Notes under the pieces: model-generated
What the model was told of the DNA's origin: nothing
Seen by the model: the letters and a program-made list of their open reading frames with translations, nothing else
The model's database searches: none
Source: a virus
Strand: one strand, 5' to 3'
Length of the DNA stretch: 64,000 nucleotides
IMG/VR virus record: IMGVR_UViG_3300044681_000369
Location: 76,971-140,970 of that record
Shown here: in pieces, positions 30,001-36,746 of the stretch
Layout: the number at the start of each line of letters is the position of its first letter
Position numbering within the stretch: the stretch's first letter is position 1
Translations under genes and position numbers: made by a program

Positions 30001-30050
30001 TATGCACTTATCGCAGTTGTAATTAGCGATCTAGACTGTAGTAACGACAT
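24039..30050 (-). CDS. gp5: gp5 C-terminal part: giant central-spike protein with beta-helix repeats and C-terminal peptidase M15
   Basis: 'YPYNKV...ESGH..EIDDTPGAERI...HRTGTF.EI.PDG' gp5 signature and VxG repeats; C-terminal 'SSCYR...SAH..G.AAD...WIHLG' (M15 Zn peptidase); lysozyme-like segment near residues 230-410. Confidence 0.8.
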   Translation of the reverse strand: MSLLQSRSLITTAISAYKNKKAPDLQTVVNVAAQVGVINRGQASAVKSGLRIADSLIKGKTPDIGDALSAITRSGVLSRNDSRNLSRAVAIGLGGLAPTQTTQRTIAQLRAVGAITNSQASLLRDTTGILNSANKGDWGSVAQGAMRVAGLDRNTTRILGAAFDALLTTTETAERQRGYESKPSTLPRNSVGIGKLTKTDIVTILTEIRKGIAEKYPVNGPRNHWKKVHSRGEYGAYRITLAQMVETNFITEDILDWSERAMEKAGTKSGNADRYKTYAEVISERAGADYDVAPYKQELANSKQYFFMYNPIPPNYATQVRNMTKFVTDEKLQDQVAYWIMENAYKKLLFAKTITPETDRKTVAGLLALSLAENPDTAILYASGTTRTNSDGINTKYWYDLGWNAIAEVPREVTTEEPVLKPGAKKPTTKVSNKALLDTATELSGILASRNLNKVVDGLVRSGNLSRSTGGILKAGLGMAADSIKEKIKEINTAKAALDKAGAVLPKVPSASSALSAVGGAAGGLASGLSAAKDAAKSLPGTNSLLTAAKGASTALDANPLTAAASSLDKVTSISNAISDAPSIVPSMDTITKQTTGISLTTINKLSTSVEGALLSPNLASVSATDSVSNLKSTTAIAKKITTLANEVEQDAHEAVGTAVGAVAASGECSPESLSFIGEALKGGMGLGCDPNAAVVNELNRRGMCPPGATALLNSSLEGITDPAKIADKIATVSAKQGGTGSVLPSLNMKLIESTGAEKGMVDAFTKAKSEAIVAVGGDKAGIIGKAGTASVQSMAADAQKAASSMLSSVPDVGKINNLGADMSSLTTGAQDAVAAAGALGAAAMTKVPGSAAADAVSAGKDLLSDTKSSLTNASGAIDATLADASNSITETLKTGIPSDGAPASTTGKIISSFLPVDPAEIPPIPDTGTNSAEAVPQLPASKIAAITGDEPSTPPTDPNPIVVPYGATVKAEYYWASTGGIVAIKANDVIISSVNGIDLDDTNMLEKKKALLVGSIDGAIRVEETANVETGDINHTTTHEFYGSTWQVISKYSGTKKTVGVGVKQDDVALNNGKSTSYSNMIAALLDSNFESVAEIVKQHETYIKSILEERKSGIQPTAISSDLKSLRSALPGEIVTNLQKVKKTFSNNTPVASQEGSVPTEDGSTVTTVVEKFGDGSKVTTTITETQTGFVTVTKSVERIAPPIIGFLPDLTTVNEDSVVSPAQSDNTPPNPAPADATSIPSNESILPPERQSPNAGFKDPHGQYPKVELAGKPDTNPLAVGTNSPDIQSSPNEPTTQDTLGRGSSPAAKTATRLRDVPKAGRHGGSWSQPESPYNAQYPYNKVFAGESGHAIEIDDTPGAERINISHRTGTFTEIGPDGTQVNRIVGDGYMIVDNDGFISIQGKASIHIAGECNVMIMNDCNLTTNGKLNMDVHSDFNLNVAGALSIAAGQGIFMRNEGVFSLENTGNIEVHTPSDFNTTVDGTINQTATTGYRVTSKADHHTKVAGETYLTSVGDINVSTDANSMWRAAEEVNSKSGTHTNIESLGNTNIKAAGSVNSESIASFNIKSENVVNVQAEDAINVKTETSFNTHSTGTTNIKADNEIITQSANVTYHKASQVISSKILTDIVDTTTLNASTTNTDSLNAKATNLKGTHTSPDDTTDIKGPSGASVSAPTVSDALAAGEANTADPASEPELALVAEQAIIVPVEQPVSVSVASVSEGSSGQSSGRGGRSTSGGGSASSHGGASAPMQNDGGDIDETTGTRIVPDSACSEPSSGGANVGDGDYTPSSEAGPFGTSPSISGRNIDVDMDGNRLPPLRMQGPIDPSIKLSKYYHLRDLLFGMTPRTVTTTGGKTYSPWDIVKNLRTLAVLVLDPVRARFGSNFVISSCYRNNRLDSRGRAYSAHNCGLAADTQYISCGYSPQRTIEAARIIAQMNIPHDQIILERANRCRNPWIHLGIANPTTGQQRGQKFTMNNDSTVRSGPSATFTGFVQFPGW

Positions 30051-30067
30051 TCAAATTTGCTCCGCAA

Positions 30068-31024
30068 TTACGCTGTTGCTGTCGATTGGACACTTGACGG
30101 AACAGATGCAACTCTGGTCCCTCTATAATTCCAGGAAAATCCAAACTTGTTAGAAGATGAATTTCTTTGTACTTTGCTGCCGTTGTTGGTCATTGTTTCG
30201 GCTGGCTGATCTGCACCGAAAAAGTCCGTTCTTGGACCAACAAAACTTCTTGCATTTGCCTGAAGTGTTGGATTTCTAAGATTTTCCGCAACCCGCAACA
30301 TTTGTTGTGGAGTTATTCCTCTACCAGCGGCGGCGGCGGCAGAATTTGCGTCTGAGATGTTTCTCCAATATCTATTAGGAATATTCTCTGGACTTAACCC
30401 GCGTGTAGGAAATCTCCAAGCAGATTCAAATTGTTTTTCGCCTAGCATATTGCCTAAAAGTCCACCATTTTTATACCCAACAGCACTTCCTACTGCCGCT
30501 CTATTGTATATTGCTTGTGCTACGTCACACTGACCTTGTGCATCATTAATACCAGCCTCACATGCGCACATTGCAACTAGCGTCCAGAATACTTGATCTG
30601 GTGCACCAGAATCCACTGGTGTAATTGTGCCGCCTGCGCCTAGTCCACCATTACCGTCTGATACTGAGCCAGGCATTGGTGCACATCCGTCACCAGCTAG
30701 TCCACCAGGAACTGCTCCGACTGTGCCAAAAAACATCGGATGTTGTCCATCTGATCCATCGGCAAAAAATCCAACAACCCAAGTTCCGGTCACTGCCCCG
30801 GTTGGTGACCAACCAACGCCACCGGTGCTTGCCGAATTTGCTGGCATAATTGGCATTGCCCACGGTAAGTCTTCTGTTGGTAAGATTGACTTATCATCAA
30901 CATGATATCCAATAATCCGAACCTTACAGCGTCCCATTCTAAGGGGATCATCACGATCTTCAACAACACCAAACCACCAATAAAATTGTGGATTGTTGTC
31001 GCTTGTTCTATTATCCATTGGCAT
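30068..31024 (-). CDS. gp5: gp5 N-terminal OB-fold fused to SleB/Hydrolase_2-like domain
   Basis: 'WWFGVVEDRDDPL..GR.KVRI.G.H...LPWA...G.WV.GFF.DG...Q.P'; then 'EAG...GQ..VAQAIYNR...QFE'. Confidence 0.85.
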   Translation of the reverse strand: MPMDNRTSDNNPQFYWWFGVVEDRDDPLRMGRCKVRIIGYHVDDKSILPTEDLPWAMPIMPANSASTGGVGWSPTGAVTGTWVVGFFADGSDGQHPMFFGTVGAVPGGLAGDGCAPMPGSVSDGNGGLGAGGTITPVDSGAPDQVFWTLVAMCACEAGINDAQGQCDVAQAIYNRAAVGSAVGYKNGGLLGNMLGEKQFESAWRFPTRGLSPENIPNRYWRNISDANSAAAAAGRGITPQQMLRVAENLRNPTLQANARSFVGPRTDFFGADQPAETMTNNGSKVQRNSSSNKFGFSWNYRGTRVASVPSSVQSTATA

Positions 31025-31030
31025 AATTAA

Positions 31031-32539
31031 TTATTCTCCACCGGACTGTTGAGGTTGAGTATTTTCACCAACCGGTGATGGTGCAACTGTGGGTGAAACA
31101 AATGAATCCTTAGCAATTTCCATAATCATAGTGTGTCGCTTTGTAGTTATTTGATGATGAATTGCGGTAACCAAATAGAATCCGCTAACGTGCTTATCAT
31201 AAAATTCTTCTATTGTCATAGACGTAGATTTTGGTCTAACAGAAGGATATTTAAATTCAATAATTTTACCAACATGCATGTGTGTTTGCCCGGGAACCTT
31301 AATGCTCAATTTTAAAGTATTGACATCAAGAAACAAACTATTCCTGTTTGCAGTAAACTCATCCGGGCGCAAATTCATAAGTTCTCCATCGTCATTATCG
31401 GTTACGCCTGGATGAATAGTTTTAATGAACATTTTACTATTATATGATCTCATAATAGTTGCTGGGAAAATTGTATTTTGATATCCTCTAGATGTAGTTC
31501 CTTCTTTGTCTCTAGTATATTTTCCGTCTTCACCTTTAACGTAGTCTTCTAAGTGTGCATATAGATCAGCTTGAATGCCATGATCGTATATTGTTTGCTT
31601 AACTTCTTTTTTAACCATGTCATACACAAAGGTACTGCTCGTATAGTGACCTGTATCTTGTCCTTGAAGCATGTCAAGATTTGTTAGAAATTTAACTTCT
31701 TCCACTTTACCGTATTTTTTAATTAATCCCGCTGCCGTATTTCTTTCTGTTGCTGTTTGATCCATGTAAATATATGATCCACCAAATGAACCAGCAGTAA
31801 ACTGCGCATCAATTAGATTTTCTAAAGATGTAAAATAAAACCCGTGTAGTGTTTCAAAAAACAAAAAAGTTGGTGCTTTATTGTTAGCACCGACACTTCT
31901 TTGTGCAATATAATTTAGACACTGAAAAGGAGTCCAAAACGGAGCAACAAACGAAACTGAAGATGAGTGTGGTGTATCGCCAATAATAAGTGCCGACTTA
32001 TTTTCTTCATCATCTGTTGAGTTTTCACCCAACGGAAGATATCTTGGCATCTTAATATGCTCATCAAATATTTTCTCAACAAGTTCATCTGTTTTTCCAT
32101 CAAACTTTTGAGACAAATATGTAATGTTATCTACTGCACCCTCAAGAGATATAAAATGCAGGAGATACATTTGTTCCTTATCTTGATTTGTAAGAATTCT
32201 GTTCTTAATGGCATATACAGCAAAAGACTTCTGGATTTTTGCCAAAGAATTCACATCCCCTGGCGAAACTTCAGCCGCAGGAGTATTAATATCAATACTA
32301 ACAAGCTCATTTCCAACAATAGGTAACAAGTCAATTAAATTGATCGTGTCTCTTACTGCAATTGTGCCAGTTAATACGTTAGAAAAAATATCTTCATATA
32401 CATTAACTTCAAGAACATAATTTGTGATGTCAAGTTCCTGAGCCTCCGTTTTTAGGACTACACTATTAATCCTAACGTCACCAGGCTCAATAACCGCATC
32501 ACGGGAAGTATTTGTATCATTTGCCGTTTCGGTTGCCAT
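31031..32539 (-). CDS. Baseplate hub protein (gp27/late control D-like)
   Basis: 'NVYEDIFSN.LTG', 'FLFFET..GF.F.SLE', 'VPG', 'SG.YLVTAI.H'; located between gp53 and gp5. Confidence 0.7.
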   Translation of the reverse strand: MATETANDTNTSRDAVIEPGDVRINSVVLKTEAQELDITNYVLEVNVYEDIFSNVLTGTIAVRDTINLIDLLPIVGNELVSIDINTPAAEVSPGDVNSLAKIQKSFAVYAIKNRILTNQDKEQMYLLHFISLEGAVDNITYLSQKFDGKTDELVEKIFDEHIKMPRYLPLGENSTDDEENKSALIIGDTPHSSSVSFVAPFWTPFQCLNYIAQRSVGANNKAPTFLFFETLHGFYFTSLENLIDAQFTAGSFGGSYIYMDQTATERNTAAGLIKKYGKVEEVKFLTNLDMLQGQDTGHYTSSTFVYDMVKKEVKQTIYDHGIQADLYAHLEDYVKGEDGKYTRDKEGTTSRGYQNTIFPATIMRSYNSKMFIKTIHPGVTDNDDGELMNLRPDEFTANRNSLFLDVNTLKLSIKVPGQTHMHVGKIIEFKYPSVRPKSTSMTIEEFYDKHVSGFYLVTAIHHQITTKRHTMIMEIAKDSFVSPTVAPSPVGENTQPQQSGGE

Positions 32540-32545
32540 ATTAAA

Positions 32546-33040
32546 TTATTTTCTAATTAGTGAGTTATAGTCTGTTAAGAACTCAGACAAATACCTCTTG
32601 TCTAACAATTTTATTTCGCTCTTTTTGTCGTTCAACATCTCTTCATATTGAAAATTTTGAATTGCAGTTTTATAGCCATCCGCATAGTCGGCATCTACAA
32701 TTAATCCGTCGTCTGTCTCATAATGATGAACATCGTAAATGTTTTCTATTCCATTATATTTTTTAATGCAGTATTTTACCAAATCTGATTGAGATTTTGG
32801 CCATTCTTCACGAACATCTACAATATTATTTGTAATTAATATTACCCAGTGATAATAAGGATTTCCATAATATCTGCTTGCCACAATTTCTGGAGTCCAA
32901 CCACTAGGAACAGTAAATGACTCAAGAATGGTATAATCATCTATACCAGCCTTGGCTGCAACACGCCGAAATATATCGGTTACGGTTACAAACTCGCCGT
33001 TTATTGTTGCTAACGTTTTAGGAAAATTTTTGAATAACAT
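32546..33040 (-). CDS. gp53: Baseplate wedge gp53 (LysM-like)
   Basis: 'F.NFP', 'PE.VA..YYG...YHWVIL.TN.I.D...EWP', 'VHHYE'. Confidence 0.9.
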   Translation of the reverse strand: MLFKNFPKTLATINGEFVTVTDIFRRVAAKAGIDDYTILESFTVPSGWTPEIVASRYYGNPYYHWVILITNNIVDVREEWPKSQSDLVKYCIKKYNGIENIYDVHHYETDDGLIVDADYADGYKTAIQNFQYEEMLNDKKSEIKLLDKRYLSEFLTDYNSLIRK

Positions 33041-34197
33041 TAGAATCCAGCCTCAACTCTCTGAGATGTTAATGTCTCTAGTTCAGTAAACTTCAGTTTG
33101 ATTGTACATTCTGAAGGATATCCCTCGGAGCCTTGAAAATATACTAGACCTTCACCGCCATACTGTATGTCTATGGAGTTTAATGCACAGTTTGAAATCT
33201 TTCTTAGCTTTTTATTTTCTTTACCATTGTAAAAAAACATAATTAAAAATTCTGACGGATATACCAAAAATAGTCCATGATCAGAAGACGTAGGATGCAT
33301 GTGCTGAATAAAAGTTTTTATTATTCCTGGTTCCGTGCCATCTCCAAATATTGCCCTAGCCTCAGCTAAATTTTTTGGCATAAATCTATATTCAAAGTCA
33401 AATGTTCTGAAGTCCATATTTTTAAACAATTGCTCTTTATATGGATTCTCTACTTTTTTGGTGCCAGCTTCCATTGCCGCCTTCATTTTAGGACCACCTA
33501 AAGACGCTCCAACTTTTCTTAGCGCATATTGACCGACATCGCCAGCTTCACTGAAGAAATCCATAACTCCAGATATATTTGCTTGACCTGTACCGACTGC
33601 GCCCATAATAGCACCGATATCGGCTGTATCCCAGTTTGATGAGTAACGCTGACTTATAGAGTTGTGAATTCCAAGACTAACAGATTTTGCTCCAAACATT
33701 AGCTTGTTATCTTCATTTACTAAAAGTGCTAGTCCTGCACCGGCAGCACCACCGGCAGCCGCAGTACCTACAACTTGACCTGTGGCTCTCGCAAGTCCAG
33801 TCAGTGCGCCTGTAATTTTACCACCAATTCCTTTACCACCAGAATTTGTTAAAATGTCTTTTAAACCTGAAGCACCTATGCTTCCTATTGCGGCAGTTGC
33901 CGCTTGCTCTACTCCACCGGCAGCGAGAGCGGCTGTCGTATTTGCTGGATCCATTCTCATTTGACCGCTTTGATCAAATTCTCTGTTTGCGCCAGAGAAA
34001 GCAGAGAATGATCCTCCGGTTGCAGTAATAGCACCCTTACGGACAAGAGGATAAAAAGTTACCCAAGAAGGAAACTCTTCTGTAGACAATTCTTCAGGAT
34101 ATCTGTAAGTTGACGAGGAATTTTGACTGAGAATGTCATCCTCAGTCACTCGGTTTGTGTCCCTACTAAATCTTGATGTATTTTCTGTATCTGACAT
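33040..34197 (-). CDS. gp48: Baseplate tail tube cap gp48
   Basis: 'YRYP', 'NPY.EQLF....FR.F.F.Y.F.PKN..EA', 'YP..F', 'L.F.ELE'. Confidence 0.85.
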   Translation of the reverse strand: MSDTENTSRFSRDTNRVTEDDILSQNSSSTYRYPEELSTEEFPSWVTFYPLVRKGAITATGGSFSAFSGANREFDQSGQMRMDPANTTAALAAGGVEQAATAAIGSIGASGLKDILTNSGGKGIGGKITGALTGLARATGQVVGTAAAGGAAGAGLALLVNEDNKLMFGAKSVSLGIHNSISQRYSSNWDTADIGAIMGAVGTGQANISGVMDFFSEAGDVGQYALRKVGASLGGPKMKAAMEAGTKKVENPYKEQLFKNMDFRTFDFEYRFMPKNLAEARAIFGDGTEPGIIKTFIQHMHPTSSDHGLFLVYPSEFLIMFFYNGKENKKLRKISNCALNSIDIQYGGEGLVYFQGSEGYPSECTIKLKFTELETLTSQRVEAGF

Positions 34198-34201
34198 GAG
34201 A

Positions 34202-34248
34202 ATAAATAACCTATTGAGGGTATGCTTGTGTGCTTCGGACTATTTATA
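34202..34248. promoter_or_regulatory. Divergent late promoters (ATAAATA + at 34202; TATAAATA - at 34241-34248)
   Basis: Consensus boxes between divergently oriented gp48 and gp4. Confidence 0.65.
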
Positions 34249-34703
34249 TGACATATGCTAACGATACTTTAAGGGGTTTATATAAAGTTATAAATCCAAA
34301 GAAGTATGTCGGAAATCCAGATAATGTTATATTTCGATCTAGCTGGGAACTGAAGTTCATGAAATGGTGTGACTCAAACCCGAATATCATACAGTGGGGT
34401 TCTGAGGAGTTATCAATACCATACGTGTCGCCAATCGACAAGAAAATACACAGATATTTTGTAGACTTCTACATTAGTGTTAAAGACGGATCTGGAAATA
34501 TCAGCAAATATTTAGTTGAGATTAAGCCATATCGTTTTACTCTCCCACCAAAACAGCCAAAACGACAATCAAAACGATTCCTCCAAGAAGTTGCAACCTA
34601 TGCGGTAAATCAGGCAAAATGGAAATTTGCTGATGAATTTTGTAAAGACAATGGTTGGAAATTTCTTGTATTAACCGAAAAAGAACTTGGAATAAACGCA
34701 TAA
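34248..34703 (+). CDS. gp4: Head completion nuclease gp4 (likely start ATG 34248)
   Basis: 'G.Y...NP.KY.G.P..V.FRSSWE..FM.WCD.NP....WGSEE..IPY', 'HRYFVDF', 'EIKP', 'N.AKW'. Confidence 0.92.
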   Translation: MTYANDTLRGLYKVINPKKYVGNPDNVIFRSSWELKFMKWCDSNPNIIQWGSEELSIPYVSPIDKKIHRYFVDFYISVKDGSGNISKYLVEIKPYRFTLPPKQPKRQSKRFLQEVATYAVNQAKWKFADEFCKDNGWKFLVLTEKELGINA

Positions 34704-34706
34704 ATA
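34700..34706 (+). promoter_or_regulatory. Late promoter ATAAATA upstream of gp2
   Basis: Box followed by GAGGA RBS and ATG 34728. Confidence 0.55.
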
Positions 34707-34727
34707 TAGAATGCGTTAGAGGATTAT

Positions 34728-35312
34728 ATGGCTACTAAGAACAACAACATTTTTTCAAATCTTCATGCCAAGGCTGGTGACCAGGACAGGTCTATCCAAT
34801 GGTACATGAAAAATGTGAAAGCATTGGTTGGCAATAATGTAACCTCAAATGCCGTTATGAAATCGGAAATTGGAAGACTAGAAACCAAGATCGAAATTGG
34901 ATCGATGTACCTGTATTTTTATGATCCAAAAACAAAAGACAAGTTGCCGTTTTACGACACCTTTCCTTTAGTGTTTCCCTTTAAGCCAGCACCAGGCGGT
35001 TTCTATGGCATCAATCTACATTACTTACCATATATGCTGAGAGCCAAAGTTTTAGGTGAGCTATTGAACTATACGGACCAAAATCTGACAGAGACAAGTA
35101 AGATAAAAATGTCATATGGATTTTTACAAGGTCTGGCAAGCACAAACGAACTTATGCCGTGTGTTAAGAGATACTTAACAACTCACGTTCGATCAAGTTT
35201 TATGAAAATTAATCCTAAAGATTGGAAAGCAACAATATTTTTACCTGTAGAAGGCTTTATCGGAGCATCTAAAGATGTGGTATTCAGAAATACCAGGAGC
35301 AAAATTAAATGA
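34728..35312 (+). CDS. gp2: DNA end protector gp2
   Basis: 'G.MY...YDPK.K..LP.YD.FPL', 'G.NLHYLP', 'KRYL..HVRS', 'W....FLP'. Confidence 0.92.
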   Translation: MATKNNNIFSNLHAKAGDQDRSIQWYMKNVKALVGNNVTSNAVMKSEIGRLETKIEIGSMYLYFYDPKTKDKLPFYDTFPLVFPFKPAPGGFYGINLHYLPYMLRAKVLGELLNYTDQNLTETSKIKMSYGFLQGLASTNELMPCVKRYLTTHVRSSFMKINPKDWKATIFLPVEGFIGASKDVVFRNTRSKIK

Positions 35313-35854
35313 CCTACGGGTATAACATCGAAAATTTTCTTGCGGCAGTAAGACCAAAAGATTTGGCACGTTCGCATAGATATCAATTTCGCTTTACTCC
35401 TCCCAGAAGTCTTTCTGGTGTAACAGATAGAGGAAGCGATTTTGCAGAAATGTCGTTATACACAGAAGATGCGACTATTCCAGGTACACTTGTTGGAACA
35501 TCACCACTAAGGTTGAACAATCAAAACTATCAAAGAGCCACTGGCATTGATTATATGGGTGACTCGATCACAGTAACCTTTTTAGTGGAAGATGACTGGA
35601 GAGTAAAAGACCTATTTACATCTTGGATGGAAAAAATTGTTGATCCAATATCAAGAGAAGTTTCTTATCCAGCTGACTATTATTCTGAAATTTATATAGA
35701 TGCATTAGATCAGTCAAATGAGCCAAAAGCTGGTTGGAAACTTTGGGACGCATTTCCAAGATCGGTTGCTCCGGCGGCTTTGTCTTACGGCAATACCCAA
35801 GTAGTTAGATTACCTGTGACGTTTACATATCGAAAGTGGACTAAAGAGTATTAA
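35309..35854 (+). CDS. gp54: Tail tube initiator gp54 (gp19-like fold)
   Basis: 'LAR..RY', 'A.IPG', 'F..W...I.D', 'L..AFP..V....LSY', 'VTF.YR.W'. Confidence 0.75.
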   Translation: MTYGYNIENFLAAVRPKDLARSHRYQFRFTPPRSLSGVTDRGSDFAEMSLYTEDATIPGTLVGTSPLRLNNQNYQRATGIDYMGDSITVTFLVEDDWRVKDLFTSWMEKIVDPISREVSYPADYYSEIYIDALDQSNEPKAGWKLWDAFPRSVAPAALSYGNTQVVRLPVTFTYRKWTKEY

Positions 35855-35871
35855 TAGAGGATAAAAATACC

Positions 35872-36561
35872 ATGGCGCTACCAACATTGAATACACCAAA
35901 ATTTAAAGTGAAAGTATATTCTGAAGATAACAAAGAATATCAACTAAGACCGTTTTTGGTCAAAGAAGCAAAGTTACTCTTAATTGCACAGCAATCCGAG
36001 GATCCAAAGGAAATGATCCATGCTATGCAAGATTGTGTGACTAGATGCTCAGACGGTAAGCTAGATGGCAAGAAATTGCCATTTTTTGACCTACAACATG
36101 TCTTTATCCAGTTGAGGATTCAGTCTGTTGGTGCGATTACAGAATTTAAACTGGTTTGCGGAGAATGTAATACACATACTCCATCAAAACTGGATTTGAA
36201 TCAGATAGAACTCCAGATTGATCCTAACAATAACAAAAAGATTATGCTAACTCCAGAAGTTGGAGTAATGATGAAGTATCCAAGCGCAGAAATTTTGGCA
36301 GACCTAGAAAAGCCAGCTTTTGATTTGGTTGTAGATTGCATCGATAAAATTTTCGATCAAAACGAAGTCTATGATGCCAAAGAGGAAGGTAGAGAAGAAG
36401 TTGTTAAATTTGTTGAAGGATTAACAAACGACCAATTTGAACTCTTTTCGGTCTTCTTTAAAACTGTGCCAAAAATACAGAAAGTCATAAACTACAAGTG
36501 CAAGACATGTGAAAAGGAAAATGTTGTAGTTATAGATGGCGTACAAAATTTTTTCGGATAA
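35872..36561 (+). CDS. gp26: Baseplate hub assembly chaperone gp26
   Basis: 'MALP....P', 'RPFLVKE.K.LL.A', 'FD...F..LR..SVG', two CxxC motifs, ends in 'G.QNFF'. Confidence 0.88.
   Translation: MALPTLNTPKFKVKVYSEDNKEYQLRPFLVKEAKLLLIAQQSEDPKEMIHAMQDCVTRCSDGKLDGKKLPFFDLQHVFIQLRIQSVGAITEFKLVCGECNTHTPSKLDLNQIELQIDPNNNKKIMLTPEVGVMMKYPSAEILADLEKPAFDLVVDCIDKIFDQNEVYDAKEEGREEVVKFVEGLTNDQFELFSVFFKTVPKIQKVINYKCKTCEKENVVVIDGVQNFFG
36549..36555 (+). promoter_or_regulatory. Putative -1 ribosomal frameshift slippery site T TTT TTC
   Basis: X XXY YYZ heptamer just before the gp26 stop; the -1 frame is open into gp51. Confidence 0.55.
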
Positions 36562-36581
36562 CCCTTTCTCATGACAATTTG

Positions 36582-36737
36582 ATGAACTATTATAAAACGA
36601 ATTTTATATTAATGCAAGAACACAAATATAGTTTATCGGAACTTGAAGATATGATGCCATGGGAAAGGGAAGTTTACATAGGATTATTGATGCAACATTT
36701 GAAAAAACGAGCAGAAGCCAAGAAAAAGAAAAAATAG
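36582..36737 (+). CDS. gp51: Baseplate hub assembly catalyst gp51 (missing from ORF track)
   Basis: MNYYKTNFILMQEHKYSLSELEDMMPWEREVYIGLLMQHLKKRAEAKKKK: the characteristic gp51 motif. Confidence 0.85.
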   Translation: MNYYKTNFILMQEHKYSLSELEDMMPWEREVYIGLLMQHLKKRAEAKKKKK

Positions 36738-36746
36738 GTAAACTAA

